From an uncultured Planctomycetia bacterium (GTDB lineage Bacteria > Planctomycetota > UBA8108), in the NCBI GenBank assembly GCA_964615885.1, contig CAZTRG010000317.1, positions 233 through 64,232 of the forward strand: a DNA stretch of 64,000 nt. Reading direction: 5' to 3'. Each line of letters begins with the position of its first letter. Position 1 is the first letter of the stretch. The position numbers were made by a program, and so were the translations under genes. Shown one piece after another: positions 55,497 through 64,000 of the stretch. The notes below the pieces were generated by a model, which saw nothing but the letters and a program-made list of their open reading frames with translations, did no database searches and was not told where the DNA came from.

Positions 55497-56798
55497 TCAG
55501 GCCTCCAGCTTCCAGGGGCTCCGCCTCTCGCGGTCCAGCCAGGTGTTCGCCTCGTCGTTGCCGACAAAGCGGTAGGCCTTCGGGTCCCACTTGAGAGAGC
55601 ACTTGTTCCAGTAGGCCAGGTTGCCGAGGTGGCAGATCGTAACCGACCGGCAGCCGATCTCCGCGGTGCAGATCGGGTCCTTGCGGCTGCGGATACATTC
55701 GACCCAGTTGCGCAGGTGATGGCCGGTCTTGTAGAGACGGATTTCATCATCGCCGATCTTTTCTTTCAGGATGTCTCCCGGGTCGCTGCGAAGGTGCCCA
55801 CGGTTGACCTCGATCTTTCCCTTGGTGCCGGTGAAGAGGACCCCGTTGGCGCCGCCGTGGTACATGACGACCCCGTTGGCGTAGCGGTAGGTCAGGGTCT
55901 TGAACTCTTTGCCGTTCGGGGCGTGGACCTCCACCGGCCCGCTCTCGTCCATGCCGAGCCCCCACTGGGCGATATCGAAGTGGTGGGCTCCCCAGTCTGT
56001 CATTCCTCCGCCGGAATAGGGCTTGTAGTTGCGCCAGGCGGGGTAGTGTCCGTGGACTCCCTTCGGGCAGAGAGCCTCGTGGTAGCCGCGAAGAGGCGCC
56101 TGCCCGAGCCACATGTTCCAGTCGGCGTCTTTGGGTGCGGGCTGCTCGGGGAGATTGCAATCTCTCGATGGCCCCCCGACTCCGACGTGGACGGTCTTGA
56201 CCTCGCCGATTCGCCCATTGCGAATCAATTCGCAGGCGCGGTGAAAGCGCCCGCCGGATTCAGAGCGCTGCTGGCTTCCGGTCTGGAAGACAACACCCTC
56301 TTTTTTGACCGTGTCAGCCATGACCCTGGCTTCGCGAATGGTCAGCGACAGCGGCTTCTCGCAATAGATGTCTTTCTTGGCCCTGGCCGCTTCGACAACC
56401 GGGATCGCATGCCAGTGGTCGGGGGTGGCGATGACCACTGCATCGATGTCCTTGCGGGCCAGCAGCTGGCGGAAGTCCCCGTAGGTTTCAACACCCTTGA
56501 AGTCACCCTTGTCCTTTTGCCGGGCATGATGGTCCTCGGCGAGCTTCTTTGCGCTGGAGCGCCGGTTCGCCTCGACCTCGGCAATGGCGACAAACTGGAT
56601 CTCGCCGAAGCGCTGCAGGCCACGCATCAGGGTGTGTCCACGTTTTCCGGAGCCGATCACCCCCACGGTGATACGTTCGCTGGGGGAGGGCCTCCTCGCT
56701 GTGGCGGAAACCTGGGAGGTGATGATGGTCGGCAGTCCGGCAAGGACCGCGCTCTTTTTCAGGAATGACCGCCGGGTGGTTTTCTGGCTCTTGCGCAT
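55497..56798 (-). CDS. Tat-exported Gfo/Idh/MocA family oxidoreductase
   Basis: TRRSFLK, VIGSGKRG, ATPDHWH, YCEKP, QTGSQQRS, DWGAHHFD. Confidence 0.93.
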   Translation of the reverse strand: MRKSQKTTRRSFLKKSAVLAGLPTIITSQVSATARRPSPSERITVGVIGSGKRGHTLMRGLQRFGEIQFVAIAEVEANRRSSAKKLAEDHHARQKDKGDFKGVETYGDFRQLLARKDIDAVVIATPDHWHAIPVVEAARAKKDIYCEKPLSLTIREARVMADTVKKEGVVFQTGSQQRSESGGRFHRACELIRNGRIGEVKTVHVGVGGPSRDCNLPEQPAPKDADWNMWLGQAPLRGYHEALCPKGVHGHYPAWRNYKPYSGGGMTDWGAHHFDIAQWGLGMDESGPVEVHAPNGKEFKTLTYRYANGVVMYHGGANGVLFTGTKGKIEVNRGHLRSDPGDILKEKIGDDEIRLYKTGHHLRNWVECIRSRKDPICTAEIGCRSVTICHLGNLAYWNKCSLKWDPKAYRFVGNDEANTWLDRERRSPWKLEA

Positions 56799-57184
56799 TG
56801 GGGCTCCTCAGGCTGGGGGAAGGGTATTGGGTCTGTGACAGGCAGTTTATCGCAGAAAAGAAAGCCCGGGCACGATTTTTAATCCCATTGAAGACCGAAG
56901 CCAGCCGGGGGGACTTTCGGGGTTTTCTCCTCACCAGGCCCAAAACACCACGAGGGGGGCTTTTTGAGCCCATTAGGGGCAGGATAGTGCTTTCCGGGAG
57001 TGCGGTCTCAATCCTTGATGATGCGCCTGCTTGGGGAGTATCCTAAGAGGACTGTAAATTGTGGTCGAAGTCGGTTAACCGTTTGGAGTTCCGGCTGCAA
57101 GGCGCCCTGTCGCGAGCGGGTTGGTTTTCCACCAGGCTGCGAGGGGCCGGAGTTCGATTAAAAATTACCCATGGAGGATGACGA

Positions 57185-58654
57185 ATGCTGGTCGTACCCG
57201 GTGATCAAGGTAGCGTGACCTGCGATGCTGGTCTTTCGCGCCGCGAATTGTTGCGAGTAGGCGGCTCTTCACTGATCGGTTTGAGCCTCGCCCAGATGCT
57301 TGAATTGCAGCAGGCTTCGGCCAAGGAAGTGCATGCCGGTGCCGGCAGCCCCGGTTGGGGAAAGGCCAAGAGCGTCATCCTGATCTATCTCCAGGGTGGC
57401 CCCAGTCACCTGGATCTCTGGGATCCCAAGGAGGGCTGTGCCTCGGATGTGCAGAGCATCTTCAAGTCGATCAAGGGCAAGGTCCCCGGCATGGAGGTGA
57501 CGGAGCTGTTGCCCAACATCGCCAAGGTGACCGACAAGTTCACCTTTATTCGTTCGATGAGCTATACGCCCGTGGGGCTCTTTAACCACACCGCGGCGAT
57601 GTACCAGATGCTTACGGGCTATACGACCGACAAGGTCAGCCCCTCCGGCCAGCTGGAGCCGCCCAGTCCCAAGGATTTCCCCAACGTCGGCTCCAACATC
57701 ACCAAGCTGAGGCCGCCGAGCGTTCCAATGCTGCCCTTTGTGATGATGCCGCGTCCGCTGCAGGAGAGTGGCGTGATCGGCAAGGCCGGCACTGCAGGCT
57801 TCCTCGGCCGCGCCTACGACCCCTTCTATCTCTATCCGCCGGGGGGTGATCTCGACAACTCGAAGATGGACAAGATCAATGCCGGCGACCTGGCCTTGAG
57901 GCCGGAGCTCAGCAGCCTGAGGATGTCGAGGCGCCAGCGCCTTCTCAACGTCATCAACGGAGGCATGCCTGCGCTCTCCAAGGCGGTTGAACATTTCGAT
58001 CTCGACGAGTACACCCAGAAGGCCTTGAGCCTGGTGGTCTCCGGGCGCGCCCGCAACGCCTTCAACCTCAAGGAAGAAAAAGATTCCATCCGTGACCGCT
58101 ATGGGCGAACCACCTTTGGCCAGAGCTGTCTTCTCGCCCGCCGCCTCGTCGAGGCCGGGACGCGCTTCGTGCAGGTCAACTGGCCCAAGGTTGCCAACTC
58201 TGACCGGCATTCCTGGGATGTCCACAAGGGGCTGCCGGACCGCATGAAGAAGCTTGCCGGACCTATGCTGGATCCGGGAGTTGCGGGACTGATCGGCGAT
58301 CTCGATGACAGGGGGCTTCTTGATGAGACCCTCGTGGTCGTGGTTGGCGAGTTCGGCCGCAGCCCGAAAATGGGAATTTCCACCTCGGGCAATGACAACT
58401 CAGCGAATGGCCGGGACCACTGGCCCTATTGCTTTACCTCTATCGTCGCTGGTGGAGGTATCAAGCGCGGCTATGTCTACGGCAAGTCCGATGAGACGGG
58501 CTCCGCCCCGATCGAGAACCCGGTTCACCCCCGGGAGCTGCTGGCGACCATCTATCACGCGGTGGGAATTAACCCGCAGACGCTGGTTTACAACCACCTC
58601 AACCAGCCGCGCGAGCTTGTGAAGGGCGAGGCGGTCCTCGACCTCTTTGCCTGA
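57185..58654 (+). CDS. DUF1501 domain protein (planctomycete family, Tat signal)
   Basis: [44 protein letters not shown]. Confidence 0.92.
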   Translation: MLVVPGDQGSVTCDAGLSRRELLRVGGSSLIGLSLAQMLELQQASAKEVHAGAGSPGWGKAKSVILIYLQGGPSHLDLWDPKEGCASDVQSIFKSIKGKVPGMEVTELLPNIAKVTDKFTFIRSMSYTPVGLFNHTAAMYQMLTGYTTDKVSPSGQLEPPSPKDFPNVGSNITKLRPPSVPMLPFVMMPRPLQESGVIGKAGTAGFLGRAYDPFYLYPPGGDLDNSKMDKINAGDLALRPELSSLRMSRRQRLLNVINGGMPALSKAVEHFDLDEYTQKALSLVVSGRARNAFNLKEEKDSIRDRYGRTTFGQSCLLARRLVEAGTRFVQVNWPKVANSDRHSWDVHKGLPDRMKKLAGPMLDPGVAGLIGDLDDRGLLDETLVVVVGEFGRSPKMGISTSGNDNSANGRDHWPYCFTSIVAGGGIKRGYVYGKSDETGSAPIENPVHPRELLATIYHAVGINPQTLVYNHLNQPRELVKGEAVLDLFA

Positions 58655-58688
58655 GAAGCACCCTGGATCAACTGACGGAGTTCACATC

Positions 58689-60092
58689 ATGAAGGCCGGG
58701 AACCCCTTTTCCCTCTGCACGTTTTTCTTATCGGCTCTTTGTTGTTTCGGTGTTTCTTCCGCGGAGGAGACCGCGGCGAAGCCGGTCAGCTATTACAAGG
58801 CCGTGCGGCCGATCCTGGTCAAATCCTGCCAGGGGTGCCACCAGCCGGCCAAGGCGGCCGCCAAGATCGTGCTGGTTGACTATCGCCAGCTGCTCGCTGG
58901 AGCGCATGAGGATGAGAAGGTCATTGTTCCCGGCAAGCCTGAAGAGAGCCTGCTCTACAAGGCGGTCATTCCCCAGGGCGATAAGGCGCCGTCCATGCCC
59001 AAGAAGGCCGAGCCGCTGAGCACTGCGGAGACCGGGGTGATCAAGCGCTGGATTTCCGAGGGCGCGAAAGACGACACGCCGGAGAACGCAAAGGATAACG
59101 TCAATCCCGAGAACCCGCCGAAGTACCAGGCCTTGCCGGTTGTCACCGACCTGGATTTCTCTTCCGACGGAAAATACCTGGCGGTTTCCGGCTATCACGA
59201 GGTTCTCCTGCACAAGGCGGATGGCTCCGCTCTCGAGGCGCGCCTGGTCGGTGTCTCCCAGCGAATTCAGTCCCTGTCTTTTTCTCCCGACGGAAAGCGC
59301 CTGGCGGTTGCCGGCGGCCTTCCCTCCCGCCGCGGCGAGGTCCAGATCTGGGATGTGGAGTCGCGCAAGCTCAAGGTCTCAGCTCCTTCGACCTTTGACA
59401 CCCTCTATGGCGTCAAGTGGTCTCATGATGCAAAGCTGGTTTCTTTCGGGGCGGCCGACAACACGCTGCGCGCCATCGACAGCAAGACAGGCAACCAGGT
59501 GTTCTTTAACGGGGCGCACAACGACTGGGTTCTCGACACGGTCTTCTCCAAGGACTCCTCCCACCTGATCTCTGTCAGCCGGGACCGCTCGATGAAGCTG
59601 ATGAAGGTCGATGCCCAGCAGTTCATCGATAACATAACGAGCATTACCCCGGGTGCTCTCAAGGGTGGGTTGATCGCGATCGACCGCCACCCGGCCAAGG
59701 ATGAGCTCCTTATTGGCGGTGCCGATGGGACCCCCAAGATCTACAGGATGTTCCGCCAGAAGGCGCGGAAGATCGGAGATGACTTTAATCGCATCAGAAA
59801 CTTCGCCAAGCTGCCCGGGAGAATTTTCTCCGCTGAGTACAGCGCTGATGGCAGCCGGATCGTTGCCGGCAGCAGCAGGGAAGGTGAGGGTATGGTGCGC
59901 GTCTACGAGGAGGGCAATGCCAAGATGCTCTGGGAGCTGAAGCTCTCCGGTGGCGTCTTTACCTGCGCATTCAGCCACGATGGGAAGACCGTTGCCGCTG
60001 CCGGTTTCCTGGGCAAGGTTTTCCTGATTGATGCGGCCACCGGCAAGATCCTCAAAGAAATGATTCCTGTCCCCCTGGAGACGGCGGGCTGA
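58689..60092 (+). CDS. Planctomycete cytochrome c (PSCyt1) plus WD40 repeat protein
   Basis: VRPIL..CQGCH..PGKPEESLL..MP..WISEGA; WD40 repeats FSPDGK, HNDWV. GGAG SD before ATG 58689. Confidence 0.9.
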   Translation: MKAGNPFSLCTFFLSALCCFGVSSAEETAAKPVSYYKAVRPILVKSCQGCHQPAKAAAKIVLVDYRQLLAGAHEDEKVIVPGKPEESLLYKAVIPQGDKAPSMPKKAEPLSTAETGVIKRWISEGAKDDTPENAKDNVNPENPPKYQALPVVTDLDFSSDGKYLAVSGYHEVLLHKADGSALEARLVGVSQRIQSLSFSPDGKRLAVAGGLPSRRGEVQIWDVESRKLKVSAPSTFDTLYGVKWSHDAKLVSFGAADNTLRAIDSKTGNQVFFNGAHNDWVLDTVFSKDSSHLISVSRDRSMKLMKVDAQQFIDNITSITPGALKGGLIAIDRHPAKDELLIGGADGTPKIYRMFRQKARKIGDDFNRIRNFAKLPGRIFSAEYSADGSRIVAGSSREGEGMVRVYEEGNAKMLWELKLSGGVFTCAFSHDGKTVAAAGFLGKVFLIDAATGKILKEMIPVPLETAG

Positions 60093-60142
60093 TGGGCCGG
60101 CCGTTCGGGATGAAAGAAAACAACTGAAAGACGAATATAAAA

Positions 60143-63100
60143 ATGGGTTTGAAAATGAGATTTAGCCACCTGGCGCTCGCCTCTGCGGTTCTTGTCGCTT
60201 TTGTTCCCTGCGTACTCGCAGAAGAAAAGCCGGGAGGGCTACCGCCCGGGGCCAAGGTGACCTCGCTGGTTGTCTTCCCCGCCGAGGCGGTTCTCGCAGA
60301 CCGCTACGCCTACAGGCAGGTGCTGGTCACCGCCGAGGTTGAGGGCCTGGGAAAGGTCGATGTGACGCGCCTGGCGAAGGTTGAAGGAACCCTGGACCTG
60401 GTCAAGGTCTCTGCCGGCCGTAAGGTTAATGCGCTCAAGAACGGGCAGGGCAAGCTGGTCTTTTCTCTCGGCGGGCAGAAGGCTGAGCTGCCGGTGAAGG
60501 TGAGCGGCCTTGATGCTGATTACAAGGTCAGCTATGTCCAGGATGTCATGCCGGTGCTTTCCCGTCTCGGGTGCAACTCAGGCGTCTGCCATGGCTCGCA
60601 AAATGGTAAGAATGGATTCAAGCTTTCCCTGCGAGGCTATGACCCCTTGTTCGATCACATTGGTCTTACCGACGACCTTGAAGGGCGCCGCTTCAACCGG
60701 GCCGCCCCCGACAAGAGCCTCTTCCTGATGAAGATCACCGGGGCCGTTCCGCACCTGGGCGGGGTTCGCACCTCAGCCGATTCGGATTATTATTCGCTGC
60801 TGAAGTCCTGGGTCCGCTCCGGAGTGAAAATGGATCTCGACTCTCCCCGGGTTGTTAAGCTCGAGGTGTTTCCCAGGGAGGTAACCCTCGCCCTGCCCGG
60901 CATGCAGCAGCAAATGGTGGCCATTGCGACCTTCAGTGACGGGAAGGTTCGAGATGTGAGCCACGAAGGCTTTCTGAGCTCCAGCGATACGGAGATCGCG
61001 ACGGTGGACGATGCCGGAATCGTGACGGCTGTTCGCCGTGGAGAGATCGCGGTGCTGGCCCGCTACGAAGGCCGCTATGCGGCGGCCCCGACCTTTGTCA
61101 TGGGCGACCGCTCCGGTTATGCCTGGAAGGACGTGCGGGAGTTTAACTATATCGACAAGCACGTCTACCAGAAGCTGCGCAAGATCAAGAGCCTCCCGAG
61201 TGAGCTGTCAAGCGATGCCGAGTTCATTCGCCGGGTCTCTCTTGATCTCACCGGCCTGATTCCCGACGTCAAGACCGTTCGCACCTATCTTCTTGACCGC
61301 CGGGAGCCGAAGGCTAAACGAGATGAGCTGGTCGGCCGCCTCCTCGGCAGCCCCGAGTTCGTTGATTTCTGGACCAACAAATGGTCGGACCTTCTGCAGG
61401 TCAACAAGAAGTGGCTCGGCGGACAGGGAGCGAAATCGCTGCAATCCTGGGTGCGGGGAGCGGTTGCCAGCAACATGCCCTATGACAAGTTTGTCGGGAC
61501 CCTGTTGAACTCCGAGGGGTCCACGATCAAGAACCCCCCGACCTCCTATTACAAGGTTCTGCGTTCGCCCGATGCGGTCATGGAAAACACGACCCAGCTC
61601 TTTCTCGGCATTCGCTTCAGCTGCAACAAGTGCCATGATCATCCCTTTGAGAGGTGGACCCAGAAGAACTACTGGGAGCTCTCTGCCTTCTTTGCCCAGG
61701 TCGGCCGCAAAAACGCCCCGGGAGCCAAGAATCTTCCCAACGCAGGCTTCACCGCCACCGGCGGCACCGAGGAGATCATCTATGACAAGAAAGATGGAGA
61801 GGTTAAGTATCCTAACGGGGTGCAGGCCGCTCCCGGCTTCCCCTACACGCATGAGGGCAAGGGTGTCAAGGATGGGTCGCGTCGCGCCCTGGTCTCCAAC
61901 TGGATCACCTCCGAGAAGAACCCGTATTTTGCCCGCAGCTTTGTTAACCGGCTCTGGAGCTATTTCTTCGGCATCGGGATTATCGATCCGGTTGATGACA
62001 TCCGGGCCAGCAATCCGCCCTCGAACCCGGAGCTGCTCGACAGGTTGACAGCTGACTTTATTGCCTCGGGTTTTGATGCGCGCAAGATTATGCGCCTGAT
62101 TGCGACCTCGCGCACCTACCAGCATTCTGTTGAGACCAACAAGTGGAACGAAGATGACAACGTCAACTTCTCCCACGCCCTCGCCAGGAGATTGCCTGCC
62201 GAGACGCTCTTCGACGCTATTCACAAAGCCTCCGGTTCTCTGACCCGCCTTCCCGGGCAGCGTCCCGGTATCCGGGCGGTTGAATTGCCCGGTCCCGAGG
62301 TGAAGCTGGGGGACAACTTCCTCGATCTCTTCGGACGTCCGCCGCGTGAGAGCGCCTGCGAATGTGAGAGAGGTTCCGGGATGTCGCTTGGCCAGGCGCT
62401 CAACCTGGTGAACGGGCCAACCTTCGCCGGGGCGATCAATGACCCGGCCAATGCGATTGCCGCATTGGCGAGCACCGAGAAAGATGACCGCAAGCTGATC
62501 GAGGAGATGTTCCTCTCCTTCCTCTCCCGCCCACCGACAAAGGCAGAGGTCGATGCGCTGGTCTCGAGTCTCGACCCCAAGCGGGGGGCCAACGCAGATG
62601 CCCTCAATCCCACCGACCGCGCTGAGCTTGATAAGCGTTTTCTTGCCTGGCAGAAGGCCCAGGGAACCGTGGGCTGGACAGTTCTTGATGTTAAGGCTGC
62701 GCGCTCCGCCGGCGGGGCCACCCTCACGCCCCAGGCCGATGGTTCGATCCTGGCCAGTGGAAAGAATCCGGACACCGACACCTACGAGGTGTTTGCCTGG
62801 ACTCCGGTAGAGAAGATCACGGGCTTCCGCCTCGAGGCGCTTCCGCATGAGAGCTTCTCCAATAAGGGCCCCGGTCGTACCGCGAACAATGGAAATTTCG
62901 TTCTTTCAGAACTGAAGATTGAGTCCCATGCCGCTGATGCCGCCGCGCTCGAGAAGTTGTTGCCCCGGCTTTCCGCCGGCAAAGACAAGCCTGACGCTCC
63001 GCCGCTGCCCAAGCTGGCGGTGGTCGGTTTGCACAATGCGAGCCAGAGTTTTGCCCAGAAGAGCTTTTCCGCCGCTCAAACCATTGACGGGAAGGCCGGC

Positions 63101-63481
63101 GACAAGAAGGGCTGGGCGATCCATGGCCAGGTGGGGAGGGTCCAGACAGTTACCTACGAGACCAAGGCTGATCTTGGAGTGGCGGGAGGGACGCTCCTGA
63201 AGATCACGCTTGATCAGAAATTCGGAGGAATGCACACCATCGGTAATTTCCGGATCGCGGTGACCAACTCGCCTCGTCCGGTCAAGCCCTCCACTCTTCC
63301 GGATGAGATTGTCAAGATTCTGAAAATTCCTGCCGACAAACGTTCGCAGGATCAGCAGAGCCGCCTGCTGACCCAGTACCTCATGGGGGATAAGGATTTT
63401 CAGATGAAGATCCGCCAGGGTGGGGTCCAGGACATCGCCTGGGCGCTGGCGAATAGTCCCGCTTTCCTTTTCAATCGCTGA
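60143..63481 (+). CDS. DUF1549/DUF1553 (PSD1) protein with Ig-like Big_2 domains
   Basis: GCNSGVCHG, FIRRVSLDLTG, WSDLL, CNKCHDHPFE, VNRLW, NPPSNPELL, FGRPPRESACECER, FLFNR. Confidence 0.92.
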   Translation: MGLKMRFSHLALASAVLVAFVPCVLAEEKPGGLPPGAKVTSLVVFPAEAVLADRYAYRQVLVTAEVEGLGKVDVTRLAKVEGTLDLVKVSAGRKVNALKNGQGKLVFSLGGQKAELPVKVSGLDADYKVSYVQDVMPVLSRLGCNSGVCHGSQNGKNGFKLSLRGYDPLFDHIGLTDDLEGRRFNRAAPDKSLFLMKITGAVPHLGGVRTSADSDYYSLLKSWVRSGVKMDLDSPRVVKLEVFPREVTLALPGMQQQMVAIATFSDGKVRDVSHEGFLSSSDTEIATVDDAGIVTAVRRGEIAVLARYEGRYAAAPTFVMGDRSGYAWKDVREFNYIDKHVYQKLRKIKSLPSELSSDAEFIRRVSLDLTGLIPDVKTVRTYLLDRREPKAKRDELVGRLLGSPEFVDFWTNKWSDLLQVNKKWLGGQGAKSLQSWVRGAVASNMPYDKFVGTLLNSEGSTIKNPPTSYYKVLRSPDAVMENTTQLFLGIRFSCNKCHDHPFERWTQKNYWELSAFFAQVGRKNAPGAKNLPNAGFTATGGTEEIIYDKKDGEVKYPNGVQAAPGFPYTHEGKGVKDGSRRALVSNWITSEKNPYFARSFVNRLWSYFFGIGIIDPVDDIRASNPPSNPELLDRLTADFIASGFDARKIMRLIATSRTYQHSVETNKWNEDDNVNFSHALARRLPAETLFDAIHKASGSLTRLPGQRPGIRAVELPGPEVKLGDNFLDLFGRPPRESACECERGSGMSLGQALNLVNGPTFAGAINDPANAIAALASTEKDDRKLIEEMFLSFLSRPPTKAEVDALVSSLDPKRGANADALNPTDRAELDKRFLAWQKAQGTVGWTVLDVKAARSAGGATLTPQADGSILASGKNPDTDTYEVFAWTPVEKITGFRLEALPHESFSNKGPGRTANNGNFVLSELKIESHAADAAALEKLLPRLSAGKDKPDAPPLPKLAVVGLHNASQSFAQKSFSAAQTIDGKAGDKKGWAIHGQVGRVQTVTYETKADLGVAGGTLLKITLDQKFGGMHTIGNFRIAVTNSPRPVKPSTLPDEIVKILKIPADKRSQDQQSRLLTQYLMGDKDFQMKIRQGGVQDIAWALANSPAFLFNR

Positions 63482-63873
63482 TAATTCCCTCCCGGCCTTA
63501 ATAATTTCTTTATCTTTGTCAGCGGTCCCGCCACGTCCCGCCGGATTTTCAGAGATAGAGCCCTAACTGTTTAGCTTGTAAGTTCTAAGGCCATTAAAAA
63601 AAGAGCCTGCCTGGCTGGAAATGTAGGATTCCAGCGGCTTTTCAGCCCCCTTTTTCAGTTGCCTGTGGGATTTGTAAAGATGGCTGTACGGGTTTTGGTT
63701 TAGACTCCGGAAGCCCTGTTTTCTTGAGGTGTTGTTGTTAGATCAACAGGAAATCGTGCCGCTGTTGACTGCTTCTGGGCCGGTTTGCCTGACATTCCCC
63801 TTCCGCAGGACATCAAAACGCGTGTGAGTTCAATGTTCGTGCGGGGATAGTTTTCTCCCGGCGAGGTTCCAAA

Positions 63874-64000
63874 ATGAAGCGTATATACGTAGGTAACTTA
63901 TCTTTCAGTTGGGGTGAAGAGGAAGTTCGTGAGCTCTTTTCCGCTTATGGTGAAGTTTTCCGGGTAGATCTTATCAACGACCGTGCCACGGGGCGCCCCA
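63874..64000 (+). CDS. RRM RNA-binding protein (partial, runs off window)
   Basis: Manual translation MKRIYVGNLSFSWGEEEVRELFSAYGEVFRVDLINDRATGRP: RNP2 motif IYVGNL. Confidence 0.9.
   Translation, partial: MKRIYVGNLSFSWGEEEVRELFSAYGEVFRVDLINDRATGRP

Noticed and set aside
1-64000. Cohesin/scaffoldin gene, transposase, integrase, prophage, reverse transcriptase or defence system
   Set aside because: None recognisable by eye in this window; a divergent cohesin cannot be excluded without structure searches.

Overview
GC-rich bacterial DNA, most likely Planctomycetota, judged from the DUF1501 / planctomycete cytochrome c-WD40 / DUF1549-DUF1553 cluster at 57-63.5 kb. No rRNA, tRNA, CRISPR array or mobile element was recognised. 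Housekeeping genes include tig-clpP-clpX, rpmE2-prfA-prmC-murA, pyrC-arfB, uxaC, sodC, a TetR-RND efflux operon, purF and a short archaeal-type aspS. The main signal is that five large secreted proteins, spread across the window, all end in the same Cys-containing dockerin-like module: two multi-lectin proteins (one absent from the ORF track, <1-3526), an EEP nuclease/phosphatase, a CotH kinase and an alpha-2-macroglobulin/TEP protein. The TEP has an intact CGEQ thioester and a complement C3-like catalytic His motif (IHQEMDGG). This suggests a cellulosome-like or sorting-tag surface system with non-CAZyme cargo; no cohesin partner is visible in this window. Other candidates are a ~270-nt multi-hairpin ncRNA (25.32-25.59 kb) behind a sigma54-like promoter, a tandem pair of paralogous uncharacterised exported proteins, and a 6-residue insertion in the MurA active-site loop. 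All domain calls come from motif recognition by eye; no searches were run.
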